This document shows positions 20,564 to 29,091 of a DNA stretch of 64,000 nucleotides, piece by piece (position 1 is the stretch's first letter; every line of letters starts with the position of its first letter). Under the pieces are notes generated by a model. It did not search any database and was not told the DNA's origin. It saw only the letters and a program-made list of their open reading frames with translations. The stretch comes from Candidatus Omnitrophota bacterium (GTDB lineage Bacteria; Omnitrophota; Gorgyraeia; Gygaellales; Profunditerraquicolaceae): positions 9,540-73,539 of the forward strand of contig JBFZAT010000011.1 in assembly GCA_041308845.1 (NCBI GenBank). Reading direction: 5' to 3'. Position numbers and translations under genes: made by a program.

Positions 20564-21967
20564 ATGAAAATAGCTTTAGTTCAATGTCCGGCCTGGGGCA
20601 GGCTGAATCCTCCATTAGCTTTATCGATGTTGGCTGCTTATTTACGTAGCCAGGGTAAAGAGGTGCTGCTCTTTGATTTAAATAATGATTTATTTCACAA
20701 GGTAAAAGAAGAGGACCGAGCATTGTGGCATTTAGGTAGCGAGTCATTCTGGGAAAATAAGGCTAGTGTTGCCAAATTCGTTTCCGATTATAAAGAATTG
20801 TTGGAAGATTTTGTTAATCAAATCCTGCAGACGGAAACCGGACTTATCGGGTTTTCTATATTTAACAGCTCGACAGAATTAAGTTTATTTATTGCCGAGA
20901 AAATTAAAAAATTAGCTCCTAACAAAACAATAATTTTTGGTGGGCCTAATTGCGCTCCGCATATAAACGGCACCGAAGTGATCAAATCTAGCGCAGTGGA
21001 CATTATGGTGATTGGCGAGGGAGAGTTAGTATTAAATGAAATAATCAACTTGTTTGATAAATATGGTAAGGTCGATTTTTGTAAGGGAACCTGGTTAAAG
21101 AAAGAGGGTAAAGTTATTGATTGCGGGACCGGAGATCTGATTGAAGATTTAAATCTTCTTCCCTTTGCGGATTTTGGAGATTTTTCGTTATCGGCATATA
21201 CTGCTCCATATAGGCTACCAATTTATTTAAGCCGGGGATGTCCGAATCGGTGCGTATATTGCAACGAATCAGTTTTTTGGCGTGGGTATAGACATAGAAG
21301 CGGAGCAAGAGTGTTTCAGGAGTTAAAACACCAGACTGATAAGCATAAAGGAGTGACTCATTTCGATTTCTCCGATTCATTGGTGAATGCTAACCTGAAG
21401 GAATTATCGATTATGGCTGATTTAATTATCGATAACGGCCTTAAAATAACCTGGGGTGGTCAAGCTGTAATTCGTCCTTATATGACTTCTGATTTATTGG
21501 CCAAGCTTAAACAATCTGGTTGTTTGGCTTTAGGTTACGGAATTGAGAGTGGTTCTCAGAAAGTATTAAGCTTGATGCGCAAAGGTTTCACAGTAGAAGA
21601 AGCAGAGCGTGTCATCCGGGATACGCATAAAGCAGGGATAGATGTCGTGACTAATTTTATGTTTGGTTTTCCCGGGGAGACAGATGAAAATTTCGAGGAG
21701 ACACTCCAATTTGTTGCTAAAAATAAAGAGTATATTTCTACCTTAAACCCCAGCCTGGCTTATACAGCTATTGGGGTGGGAACATATCTGCATGCGCATC
21801 CTGAAGAATACGGGATTGATTTAAGCGCCGGTTATCTCTATTGGAGGACCAAAGACGGACAGAATACCTATGAAAAACGGAAAATAAGGTATGAAAGATT
21901 TTGCCGGCAAGCTCTATCTTTGAACATAAATATTAGTTATCCCGTTGATCTTTCAAAGGAAAAATAG
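20564..21967 (+). CDS. B12-binding-domain radical SAM enzyme (class B), tandem paralog
   Basis: MKIALVQCPAWGRLNPPLALSMLAAYL...IIFGGPN...LSRGCPNRCVYCNE; paralog of 19207..20547. Confidence 0.8.
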   Translation: MKIALVQCPAWGRLNPPLALSMLAAYLRSQGKEVLLFDLNNDLFHKVKEEDRALWHLGSESFWENKASVAKFVSDYKELLEDFVNQILQTETGLIGFSIFNSSTELSLFIAEKIKKLAPNKTIIFGGPNCAPHINGTEVIKSSAVDIMVIGEGELVLNEIINLFDKYGKVDFCKGTWLKKEGKVIDCGTGDLIEDLNLLPFADFGDFSLSAYTAPYRLPIYLSRGCPNRCVYCNESVFWRGYRHRSGARVFQELKHQTDKHKGVTHFDFSDSLVNANLKELSIMADLIIDNGLKITWGGQAVIRPYMTSDLLAKLKQSGCLALGYGIESGSQKVLSLMRKGFTVEEAERVIRDTHKAGIDVVTNFMFGFPGETDENFEETLQFVAKNKEYISTLNPSLAYTAIGVGTYLHAHPEEYGIDLSAGYLYWRTKDGQNTYEKRKIRYERFCRQALSLNINISYPVDLSKEK

Positions 21968-21972
21968 ATAAT

Positions 21973-23553
21973 TTGACTATGAATCCAATCATGAAAAACA
22001 GGGTTTCTGTTTATTTATATGTTTGGTTAGGTTTTTTTGTATTGTTTTATGGTGGTTGTTTGATTTATTCAACTTATTTTGGAGGTTTTTTTGTATTTGA
22101 TTATGGCAACTATTTACATGCATTAGTCAATAGAAATAATATTACAACCGTTTTTAGTTCACTTTTTTTGACGCCCTGGAGCTTTAGGATTATAGAAAAT
22201 TTACAATTTTTTCTATGCTTCAATCTATTCGGCCTTAATCCAACAGGATATCTGGCAGTGGGAATGTTGACTTTTGCCGCAGGGATCGTTCTTGTATATT
22301 ATTGCGTATTTACTCTTTCTAAGAGCAGGGCGATAAGTTTTATCAGCTCTTTTTTGATGGTTATCCATCCACTAAATTTAGAAAAATTTGGGTTGATTTG
22401 CCCGGCCCATCTAGAATTTGTTTTTTTCGCAGCCGCACTTCTATCTTATTCATTATCTTTACTCAAAAATAGAAAAGTAAATATTTTTTATATTCTTGCT
22501 TTGGTGTTTTATATTGCCGCTATTTTTACAAGGGTGAATACTCTCATCTTTCCATTATTTATTGTAGCTTATTGTATGTTATTTGAACGGCCTTTAAGTT
22601 TAATAAAAATCATCAAAAGTACAGCAGGATTCTTTATTATTACAGGTGTGTATTTGTGGCTGCGTTTATTTGTCTTGAGCTTAACGCCCGCTCAACAGAC
22701 GCTTTATACTTTTGACTTTTTTAATTTAAGCAATATATTGCATAACTATAAGATGTTTAGTATCTTGGCACTTAAAATAGTTACTAATCCATATAAAATA
22801 ATCTGCACTTGGGATATCTATCTGCATAATCTGTTAAGTGCAGATAAAGCAGTAGTTCTATTTTTTGTGATCATAATTTTATATTTTTCTATATTAGTAA
22901 GAAAAAAAGATTTTTTCGGTCCCGCGTTAGTTAAGACCCGGTTTAAATTATTTTTGCTAGGGTGTTTATGGTATTCGTTAGGGTTATTGCCTTTTTTATT
23001 TTTTGCGGATGATTCGCACACTGCGATTCGTCATTTAGCGCTGTCGACTATTGGTTCGTCAATGGCTATTGCGATAGTGGTGATCGAAGTTTATCGCAGG
23101 ATTTATGCTGCTAGTAGGTATCTGGCCAATGGCATTATATTTCTTTTTCTAATTAATTTTTTTTATTCTACCTACCTGATCTCCAGGAATGTCTTTATAG
23201 ATAGAAATTATGATTATACTTATATAATTCGACATGGTTTTTTTAATAAGTCAAAACTAGAGGCCATCAATAAAACTTATCCTATTTTTCCTCCCCGAAG
23301 CAAAATATATTTTATTAACTTTCATTGGGCCTCAAGGATACCAGAATTTATAAAAATATTTTATAAAGATGAGTCTTTTAAAACATTTTTGTTGACTGAG
23401 CAAAAATTGAAAGAAGTAAGCTTAAACAGTGGGGAGAATATATTTGTATTTATGTCGCTTAAGAATGGCCAGGTATCTGATTTAACCGCTGAATATAATC
23501 TTCAAACCGGATTTATACCTTTAAGTCAGTTCAAAGCAGAGCTGGAGCAATGA
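21973..23553 (+). CDS. GT-C-fold integral membrane glycosyltransferase (PMT/ArnT-like), paralog A2
   Basis: FDYGNYLHALV, NLFGLNPTGY, VIHPLNLEKFGL motifs shared with 15064..16512; polytopic. Confidence 0.55.
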   Translation: MTMNPIMKNRVSVYLYVWLGFFVLFYGGCLIYSTYFGGFFVFDYGNYLHALVNRNNITTVFSSLFLTPWSFRIIENLQFFLCFNLFGLNPTGYLAVGMLTFAAGIVLVYYCVFTLSKSRAISFISSFLMVIHPLNLEKFGLICPAHLEFVFFAAALLSYSLSLLKNRKVNIFYILALVFYIAAIFTRVNTLIFPLFIVAYCMLFERPLSLIKIIKSTAGFFIITGVYLWLRLFVLSLTPAQQTLYTFDFFNLSNILHNYKMFSILALKIVTNPYKIICTWDIYLHNLLSADKAVVLFFVIIILYFSILVRKKDFFGPALVKTRFKLFLLGCLWYSLGLLPFLFFADDSHTAIRHLALSTIGSSMAIAIVVIEVYRRIYAASRYLANGIIFLFLINFFYSTYLISRNVFIDRNYDYTYIIRHGFFNKSKLEAINKTYPIFPPRSKIYFINFHWASRIPEFIKIFYKDESFKTFLLTEQKLKEVSLNSGENIFVFMSLKNGQVSDLTAEYNLQTGFIPLSQFKAELEQ

Positions 23554-23818
23554 TTTTTCACCAAGTGCGCGCCAGTATTAGTTAAAAAATTTAATCAAAT
23601 GATTACCGCATTAAGCTCCCTTTAGTAGGGATTTAATGCTTAGTTTAATTTCTTGTGAGCTATTAATCCTGATTTTAAAACTTATAGATTGAGAAAAAAG
23701 CAACTAAATAAACGTAAAGCGGCTATAGATATTTCTGGCGATAAAATGATTCACTTCTCTCAGTAAGAATATTTACTAATATAATAAAGATAAGGATAAC
23801 GATTACAAGGTAGTCGTA

Positions 23819-25297
23819 ATGGCAAGTAAACTAGAGGGGCTTGAGATGAGCAGAAGTGCTTGTGATAAAAACATGGTATTGCTTATTGTCTTTATTTTTG
23901 CTTTTATTGTATTTTCTTCCTGGCTCACTTTTAATAAGTTTGAGCACAATATGTGGGACGGCCATGATCAAGGAGCGTATTGTCAAATGTTATGGACCAC
24001 TATGCATGGAAAATTATTCTGGTGTAGCGTAACCGGAATTAATGGAGCCTGTGACCTAGCGATACATATGAATGTTTTGATGTTTTTGTTAATTCCTGTT
24101 TATTGGATTTTTAATTTTCCCGTTACGCTTAACATTATCCAGGTGCTTTATCTTGGTATAGCAGCTATCCCGGTTTATCTTATCGCTAAAGAAAAAATGA
24201 GTAGTAAGGTAGGCCTGTTGTTTGCTGTTTTCTATCTTACCAATAATTTTACGATACAATCAATAATTGAAGGTTTTCAACCCAGGAGCATGGCTGTTCC
24301 GCTTTCGCTATTTGGATTTTATTTCCTCATCAAAAATAAATACTTTCTTACTAGTTTATTTATGTGTCTATTAGCCCTTTCCCAGGAGTCAAACAGCATG
24401 TTATTAATTACCTTCGGTATTTACATAATTTTGATTCAAAGACAAATATTACTCGGAGCGCTCATTTCATTTTTTGGTCTGGGATGGTTCATGCTTACAA
24501 TAAACATATTACAGCCCCATTTTGGTGTTTCCAACCCGTTAGGGGTTTTACAATTTGACGCGGCAGGAACAATTTTAGTTTCACCGCTCGAGATTATTCG
24601 CTATTTTATCTTTCATCCAATAGAATTTTTTCAGCGGGCGCTTTCTTATCCGAAGCTGGATTATTTTGTTAGATTGTTTGCGCCATTAGCCTTCCTGTCT
24701 TTATTTAGCTTAAAAGAACTTTTAATCGCTCTGCCGGTTTTTTTACAGAACTTTATTCTCGGTGGAGACCGTTTTATTAGACCTGAAAACCCCAGGCATA
24801 CAATGCCGTTACTTCCTTTTATCTTAATCTCGGCGATTTATTCGGCCAGCTATTTTTATAGTAAACCAAAGTTACGCTGGAAATATATCTGGGTCTTCTT
24901 AGTAATTTGCTGGGGAATATCCACATACAAATTTGTTTGGGATTATAACTATAACCAGCGTTTTTTAAAAGCTTTGGCCCCCGTGACCCAAGAAGAGAAA
25001 ATTCATAGGCAAGCATTAAGGAAAATTGTAAAACTTGTCCCTGCAGACGCAAGTATCTGCGGCGATTTAAAAGCATTTCCCTTTCTGGCCAATCGTTTCA
25101 CTTTTTACGATATCCCCTTTCATATAGAAGATACCGACTATGTTTTAATTGATACTAAAGATCCTAATTTTTCTGCGAAACCAATAAAATCAAGAGAAGA
25201 GTGTCTTGAAATTATAGCAGAAACTTTACGCTCCACCGATTATACGGTTATTAAAGAGGAAGATGGCCTAGTCCTCTTAAAAAGAATAATTAGATAG
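23819..25297 (+). CDS. DUF2079-family integral membrane protein (GT-C-like), paralog B2
   Basis: WDGHDQGAYCQMLWTTMHGKLFWCSVTG...IAAIPVYLIAKEK...FYLTNNFTIQSIIEGFQPRS, near-identical blocks to 16543..18051. Confidence 0.55.
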   Translation: MASKLEGLEMSRSACDKNMVLLIVFIFAFIVFSSWLTFNKFEHNMWDGHDQGAYCQMLWTTMHGKLFWCSVTGINGACDLAIHMNVLMFLLIPVYWIFNFPVTLNIIQVLYLGIAAIPVYLIAKEKMSSKVGLLFAVFYLTNNFTIQSIIEGFQPRSMAVPLSLFGFYFLIKNKYFLTSLFMCLLALSQESNSMLLITFGIYIILIQRQILLGALISFFGLGWFMLTINILQPHFGVSNPLGVLQFDAAGTILVSPLEIIRYFIFHPIEFFQRALSYPKLDYFVRLFAPLAFLSLFSLKELLIALPVFLQNFILGGDRFIRPENPRHTMPLLPFILISAIYSASYFYSKPKLRWKYIWVFLVICWGISTYKFVWDYNYNQRFLKALAPVTQEEKIHRQALRKIVKLVPADASICGDLKAFPFLANRFTFYDIPFHIEDTDYVLIDTKDPNFSAKPIKSREECLEIIAETLRSTDYTVIKEEDGLVLLKRIIR

Positions 25298-25633
25298 GTA
25301 TTTTTATTTACGGCACAGGTTTTAAATATTAAAGATTCAATATTTTTTTATTCCCCCGTAATTATCAGTAACCGGTTCCAAGTTTATTATTTAAGTTAAC
25401 TAGATTGTAGCCTGGGATATACCTAATTTTACCGAGAAAAGTATTGTAGAGTGATATGGTGCTAAACAGCTAAGCACTTTTACAGCTATCCTTTATAGGG
25501 GCAGGTCAGTATTGAGGCTAATGTATTAAATAATGGAATGAACAAAATTCCGGAAAAAACAATTTTACTATTTATTCCCAATTGGGTCAGCAGCTAATAT
25601 TTCGCGCTCGGATTTCTATTCTAGGCTGAGTAA

Positions 25634-26150
25634 AAAGGAATTTAAGATAATTACCTTGAGCCCTCAGGAGAACAGATATATTGAATCGTTTAACGGCAAA
25701 TTATGGGATGAATTGTTGAGCAGAGAGATCTTTGAAACATGCGTGAGGGCGAGGTTTTGGAGCTTAAGTGGCAGGATATTGACATTAGGAGAAATATAAC
25801 TACCCATATGGCACTAAGAACGTAGAGAAACGAGAGGTTCCTATGGATGAAGTTGTCCAGAAGGTTATTATAGGCGTTCTTAAACATCCAGATTCGTAAT
25901 ATATCTTCTGCAACAATGATGAAAACCATATTGAGATATTAATAAATCATTCTTTACAGCTGTTAAGAAAGCGGGTATAATTGACTTCCGCATACATAGT
26001 CTTCGCCATACTTTATTTCGTATTTGGTGATGTCTGGCGTTGGCTTTAATGCGATGAGAGAATTGTTAAGGCACAAGTTACCGTAATGACTCTATGGCAT
26101 AGCCATTTAAAAACGAGCGGTTGATGTTTTAGGACAGCGGGTAGTCTTCG
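25634..26150 (+). pseudogene. Degraded mobile-element remnants: DDE transposase (rve) C-terminal fragment plus frameshifted phage-type tyrosine integrase
   Basis: Translation of 25634-25739 gives ...SPQENRYIESFNGKLWDELLSREIFET, the conserved rve-family C-terminal motif. Downstream frames give ELKWQDIDI..., REVPMDEVVQKVI, IDFRIHSLRHTLF and ELLRHKLP, which are integrase box I/II-like. They are interrupted by stops and frameshifts. Confidence 0.6.
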
Positions 26151-26233
26151 GTTGGTCCCTAGTGGGTATTATAAAGTAAAAACAAAAGAAGTTAATTTCT
26201 GCAACTTTTTGATAATTCTATAATTCTGATATA

Positions 26234-26310
26234 TGGGCGATTAGCTCAGTTGGTTAGAGCGTCTGATTTACATTCAGAAGGTCAGGGGTTCAACTCCTCT
26301 ATCGCCCACC
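26234..26310 (+). tRNA. tRNA-Val (anticodon TAC), CCA encoded
   Basis: GGGCGAT...ATCGCCC acceptor, D-arm AGCTCAGTTGGTTAGAGC, anticodon stem TCTGA/TCAGA with loop TTTACAT, T-loop GGTTCAACTCC, terminal ACCA. Confidence 0.8.
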
Positions 26311-26386
26311 ATTAAATACTTAATAAATAGTAGACTTTTTTGAGATAAGAAAGTATAATAAGTTCCAAAAATTTTCAATAGGTTTT

Positions 26387-26465
26387 GGGGTCGTAGCTTA
26401 GCCTGGCTTAAAGCGCCTCCCTGTCACGGAGGAGATCGCGAGTCCGAATCTCGTCGGCCCCGCCA
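26387..26465 (+). tRNA. tRNA-Asp (anticodon GTC), CCA encoded
   Basis: Acceptor GGGGTCG/CGGCCCC (one G-U pair), anticodon stem CCTCC/GGAGG with loop CTGTCAC, T-arm GCGAG-TCCGAAT-CTCGT, terminal GCCA. Confidence 0.7.
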
Positions 26466-26473
26466 GTAATCTA

Positions 26474-26505
26474 AACGCCATAATTAACTTATGGCGTTTT
26501 TATTT
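26474..26505 (+). terminator. Rho-independent terminator after the tRNA pair
   Basis: Perfect 10-bp stem AACGCCATAA/TTATGGCGTT with a 5-nt loop, followed by TTTTTATTT. Confidence 0.7.
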
Positions 26506-26518
26506 GTGTTGCTGATAG

Positions 26519-26575
26519 AGTGATTTACCTTGAGTTTTGCCTTCCCGGGTGTTAATATAGCATTGAATTTATCCT
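26519..26575 (+). promoter_or_regulatory. Sigma70-like promoter (TTGAGT-N17-TAATAT) inside a ~55-bp element that is duplicated at 37483-37537
   Basis: GATTTACCTTGAGTTTTGCCTTCCCGGGTGTTAATATAGCATTGAATTTA is ~80% identical to the element upstream of 37562; the -35/-10 spacing of 17 is conserved in both. Confidence 0.5.
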
Positions 26576-26663
26576 CTAGATAAACAAGCAAACCCAAAAC
26601 ATGACAAAATTAATCGGCGGTAGGATAAACTTTACTGACTTTCAAAGCAAAGAAAGGTTCTAA

Positions 26664-27389
26664 GTGAAGACTTATGTTCTTATTCCGACGTTCAATGAGA
26701 TTGAGAACATCGTAAGATTAATAAACGAAATTCTGGATTTAGGCATCGAAGGCCTATATATTCTTATCGTAGATGATGATTCTCCTGATGGTACCGGGAA
26801 ATTGACCCAGGAGTTATTCAAAAATGATTCCCGAGTTGAGGTGATGATTAGAGCCGGCCAGCGCGGTAGAGGAGAGGCCGGGGTATTCGGGTTCCGGCAG
26901 GCTTTAAATAAAGGAGCAGATTATATTATTGAAATGGACGCTGATTTTTCCCATCAGCCTAGGCATATCCCGCAATTTCTAGCGGCAATAAAGCAAAATG
27001 ATGTAGTTATAGGGTCGCGTTTTATACTCGGAGGGGAGGATCGCGACCGGGGTTGGCTTCGGCAAACCATTACGAAACTAGCCGGAGTTTACACAAGATC
27101 AATCTTGGGCTTAAGAATACACGATGTATCTTCGGGTTTTCGCTGTTTTAGAAAAGCAGCGTTAGAAAAGGTTGATTTAAGCAGTTTGGTTTCTACGGGG
27201 CCTTCTATTGTTTTAGAATTACTGTATAGGATTATTTTAAGCGGAGCTCGAGTTAAGGAGATACCGATTATTTTTGCCGATAGGAGGCAAGGTAAAACCA
27301 AATTGAAATATGTTATTCTATTTGAAACCTTGATTATGGTATTAAGGTTAAAAAAGCTGAAGGGCACAAAACAGTTACTCAAGCAATGA
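26664..27389 (+). CDS. GT2 polyprenol-phosphate sugar synthase (DPM1/ArnC-like), short form
   Basis: VLIPTFNEIENI...LYILIVDDDSPDGT...IEMDADFSH; GT2 DxD architecture, 241 aa, GTG start. Confidence 0.7.
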   Translation: MKTYVLIPTFNEIENIVRLINEILDLGIEGLYILIVDDDSPDGTGKLTQELFKNDSRVEVMIRAGQRGRGEAGVFGFRQALNKGADYIIEMDADFSHQPRHIPQFLAAIKQNDVVIGSRFILGGEDRDRGWLRQTITKLAGVYTRSILGLRIHDVSSGFRCFRKAALEKVDLSSLVSTGPSIVLELLYRIILSGARVKEIPIIFADRRQGKTKLKYVILFETLIMVLRLKKLKGTKQLLKQ

Positions 27390-27426
27390 TCTTTTAGGAT
27401 AGTTTTGCCCACAAGTTAATTAAAAA

Positions 27427-29052
27427 ATGCAAACCCGAATTAATAGTTTATTAAAGTTTTTGGTGGGGTGCTTGACCATCCAACGGGTTGTTTTTGTATT
27501 GATCTTAATATATTTTTTGCTAGCCGCTTTGACCGGAATTACCACTTTAGGCTTAAGCCATGATGAAGGGCAAAGAGGGTTAGAAACTATAGAGATACTC
27601 GAATTTAAACATTTCCCCCTGATGAGAGAATTCTACTGCGGGGCAGTAATCTCCTATCTACAAATTCCATTATTTTTAATCTTCGGCGCTACGGTATTTG
27701 CCATTAGGTTTACCCAGGTCATCTTTTCATTGGGGAGTATTGTTTGTCTTTATTATGTGGGGCAAAGATGGTTCAACCATTATATAGGTCTTCTTGCCGC
27801 CTTACTGTTGAGCTTAAATCCTGTTTTTATCTGGGCGACCAGATTGGGAGCAGAAAGAGAAGAAATACTCCAGATTTTTCTTTTTTGGTTGGGCTTAGCG
27901 TTAGTCCAACTTTACCTAGATAAAAAAAGAAAAAAGTATTTATACTCTGGTTTTTTTACCTTCGGGTTGGCTTTAAGCGCAAAAATCATGTTTTTAGGAT
28001 ATGCCCTGGGGATGATTGCTACTTTACTTTTTATGGGTAAACCGGCCGCTAATTTTATTAAAAATAAAATCTTTTATAAAAAATATACATTATTAGTTTC
28101 CGGAATAATGTTTTTAGCCGGTAGCTCCTTAGTTATCATTTACAATATCGCCTCCGGAGGCCAAACAATAACTAAATTATGGAACAGTTTATTTATTAAG
28201 GGCGCCGGAGCAGTGCGCGGGGCTAATTTTGGCATTAATAACTTGGATTTTATTAATAATCTTGCCCACAGATTATCGGACTTTAAGTCACTGGTCACCG
28301 GTGGGATTTTTAGTAATTACCATAATTTTTTTAATCTGGTAATTTTGGGTTTTTCTTTATTAATAGTTATAGGTTATTTACTGCTCACTAAACAAAAACT
28401 GTTATCCCAAAAGAAAATTATTTTTTTACTGGGGACCTACTTTTTTTTATTTTTGGGGACCTCCTTTACGCCTAGAGAGTATGACCACGCAAACATTATA
28501 ATTTTGCTGCCGGTAACCCAGATTATCGTAGCGATCGCAATATTTTCTTTAAAAAACATCTTGGCAAAAAATGTATTATTATCAATGCTCGTTCCCCTCT
28601 GTGCCTTATTACCGCTAGTTTCCAATGAAGTCGGCGCCTATGGCCGTTATTTACTTACTTTGGAAAACACTGGCGGTAGAGGCCAATCTGCTTGTGCGGT
28701 ATATGAGCTGGTGGATTATATTAATAGAAATAATATTAAGAAAAATGTATTTTCGGTAGGAGAATGGGGGCCAATCGGAAATGTTAATTTTCTGCTCAAG
28801 CGCAGAGTGGTTCTGCCACTTCCTTATTTTCGGTATTGGCAGGAAGAACCGGATATAAAATTTGAAACTTTTATTAAACAGTACCCGAAAGCTTATTTTA
28901 TCAGGGTGATTGGTTTTGATTCCGAAAACGGCAACTGCGATTTTAAGTTCCTTTCGGAATCGGCATTGAGAAAAAATAAGAAAATATCTGAAGTGAGGGT
29001 ATTTAAGAACCGGGCAGGCGAGGCCTGCTACGGGCTTTATCAATTAGAGTAA
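27427..29052 (+). CDS. GT-C-fold membrane glycosyltransferase (ArnT/PMT-like, polyprenol-P-sugar dependent), paralog C1
   Basis: Polytopic; LSHDEGQRG first-loop motif, REEILQIFLFW, conserved C-terminal globular region; paralog of 32935..34584. Confidence 0.55.
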   Translation: MQTRINSLLKFLVGCLTIQRVVFVLILIYFLLAALTGITTLGLSHDEGQRGLETIEILEFKHFPLMREFYCGAVISYLQIPLFLIFGATVFAIRFTQVIFSLGSIVCLYYVGQRWFNHYIGLLAALLLSLNPVFIWATRLGAEREEILQIFLFWLGLALVQLYLDKKRKKYLYSGFFTFGLALSAKIMFLGYALGMIATLLFMGKPAANFIKNKIFYKKYTLLVSGIMFLAGSSLVIIYNIASGGQTITKLWNSLFIKGAGAVRGANFGINNLDFINNLAHRLSDFKSLVTGGIFSNYHNFFNLVILGFSLLIVIGYLLLTKQKLLSQKKIIFLLGTYFFLFLGTSFTPREYDHANIIILLPVTQIIVAIAIFSLKNILAKNVLLSMLVPLCALLPLVSNEVGAYGRYLLTLENTGGRGQSACAVYELVDYINRNNIKKNVFSVGEWGPIGNVNFLLKRRVVLPLPYFRYWQEEPDIKFETFIKQYPKAYFIRVIGFDSENGNCDFKFLSESALRKNKKISEVRVFKNRAGEACYGLYQLE

Positions 29053-29091
29053 TCCGTTAAGAATATTGAAAGATATCGCCGCAGGGGGAGC

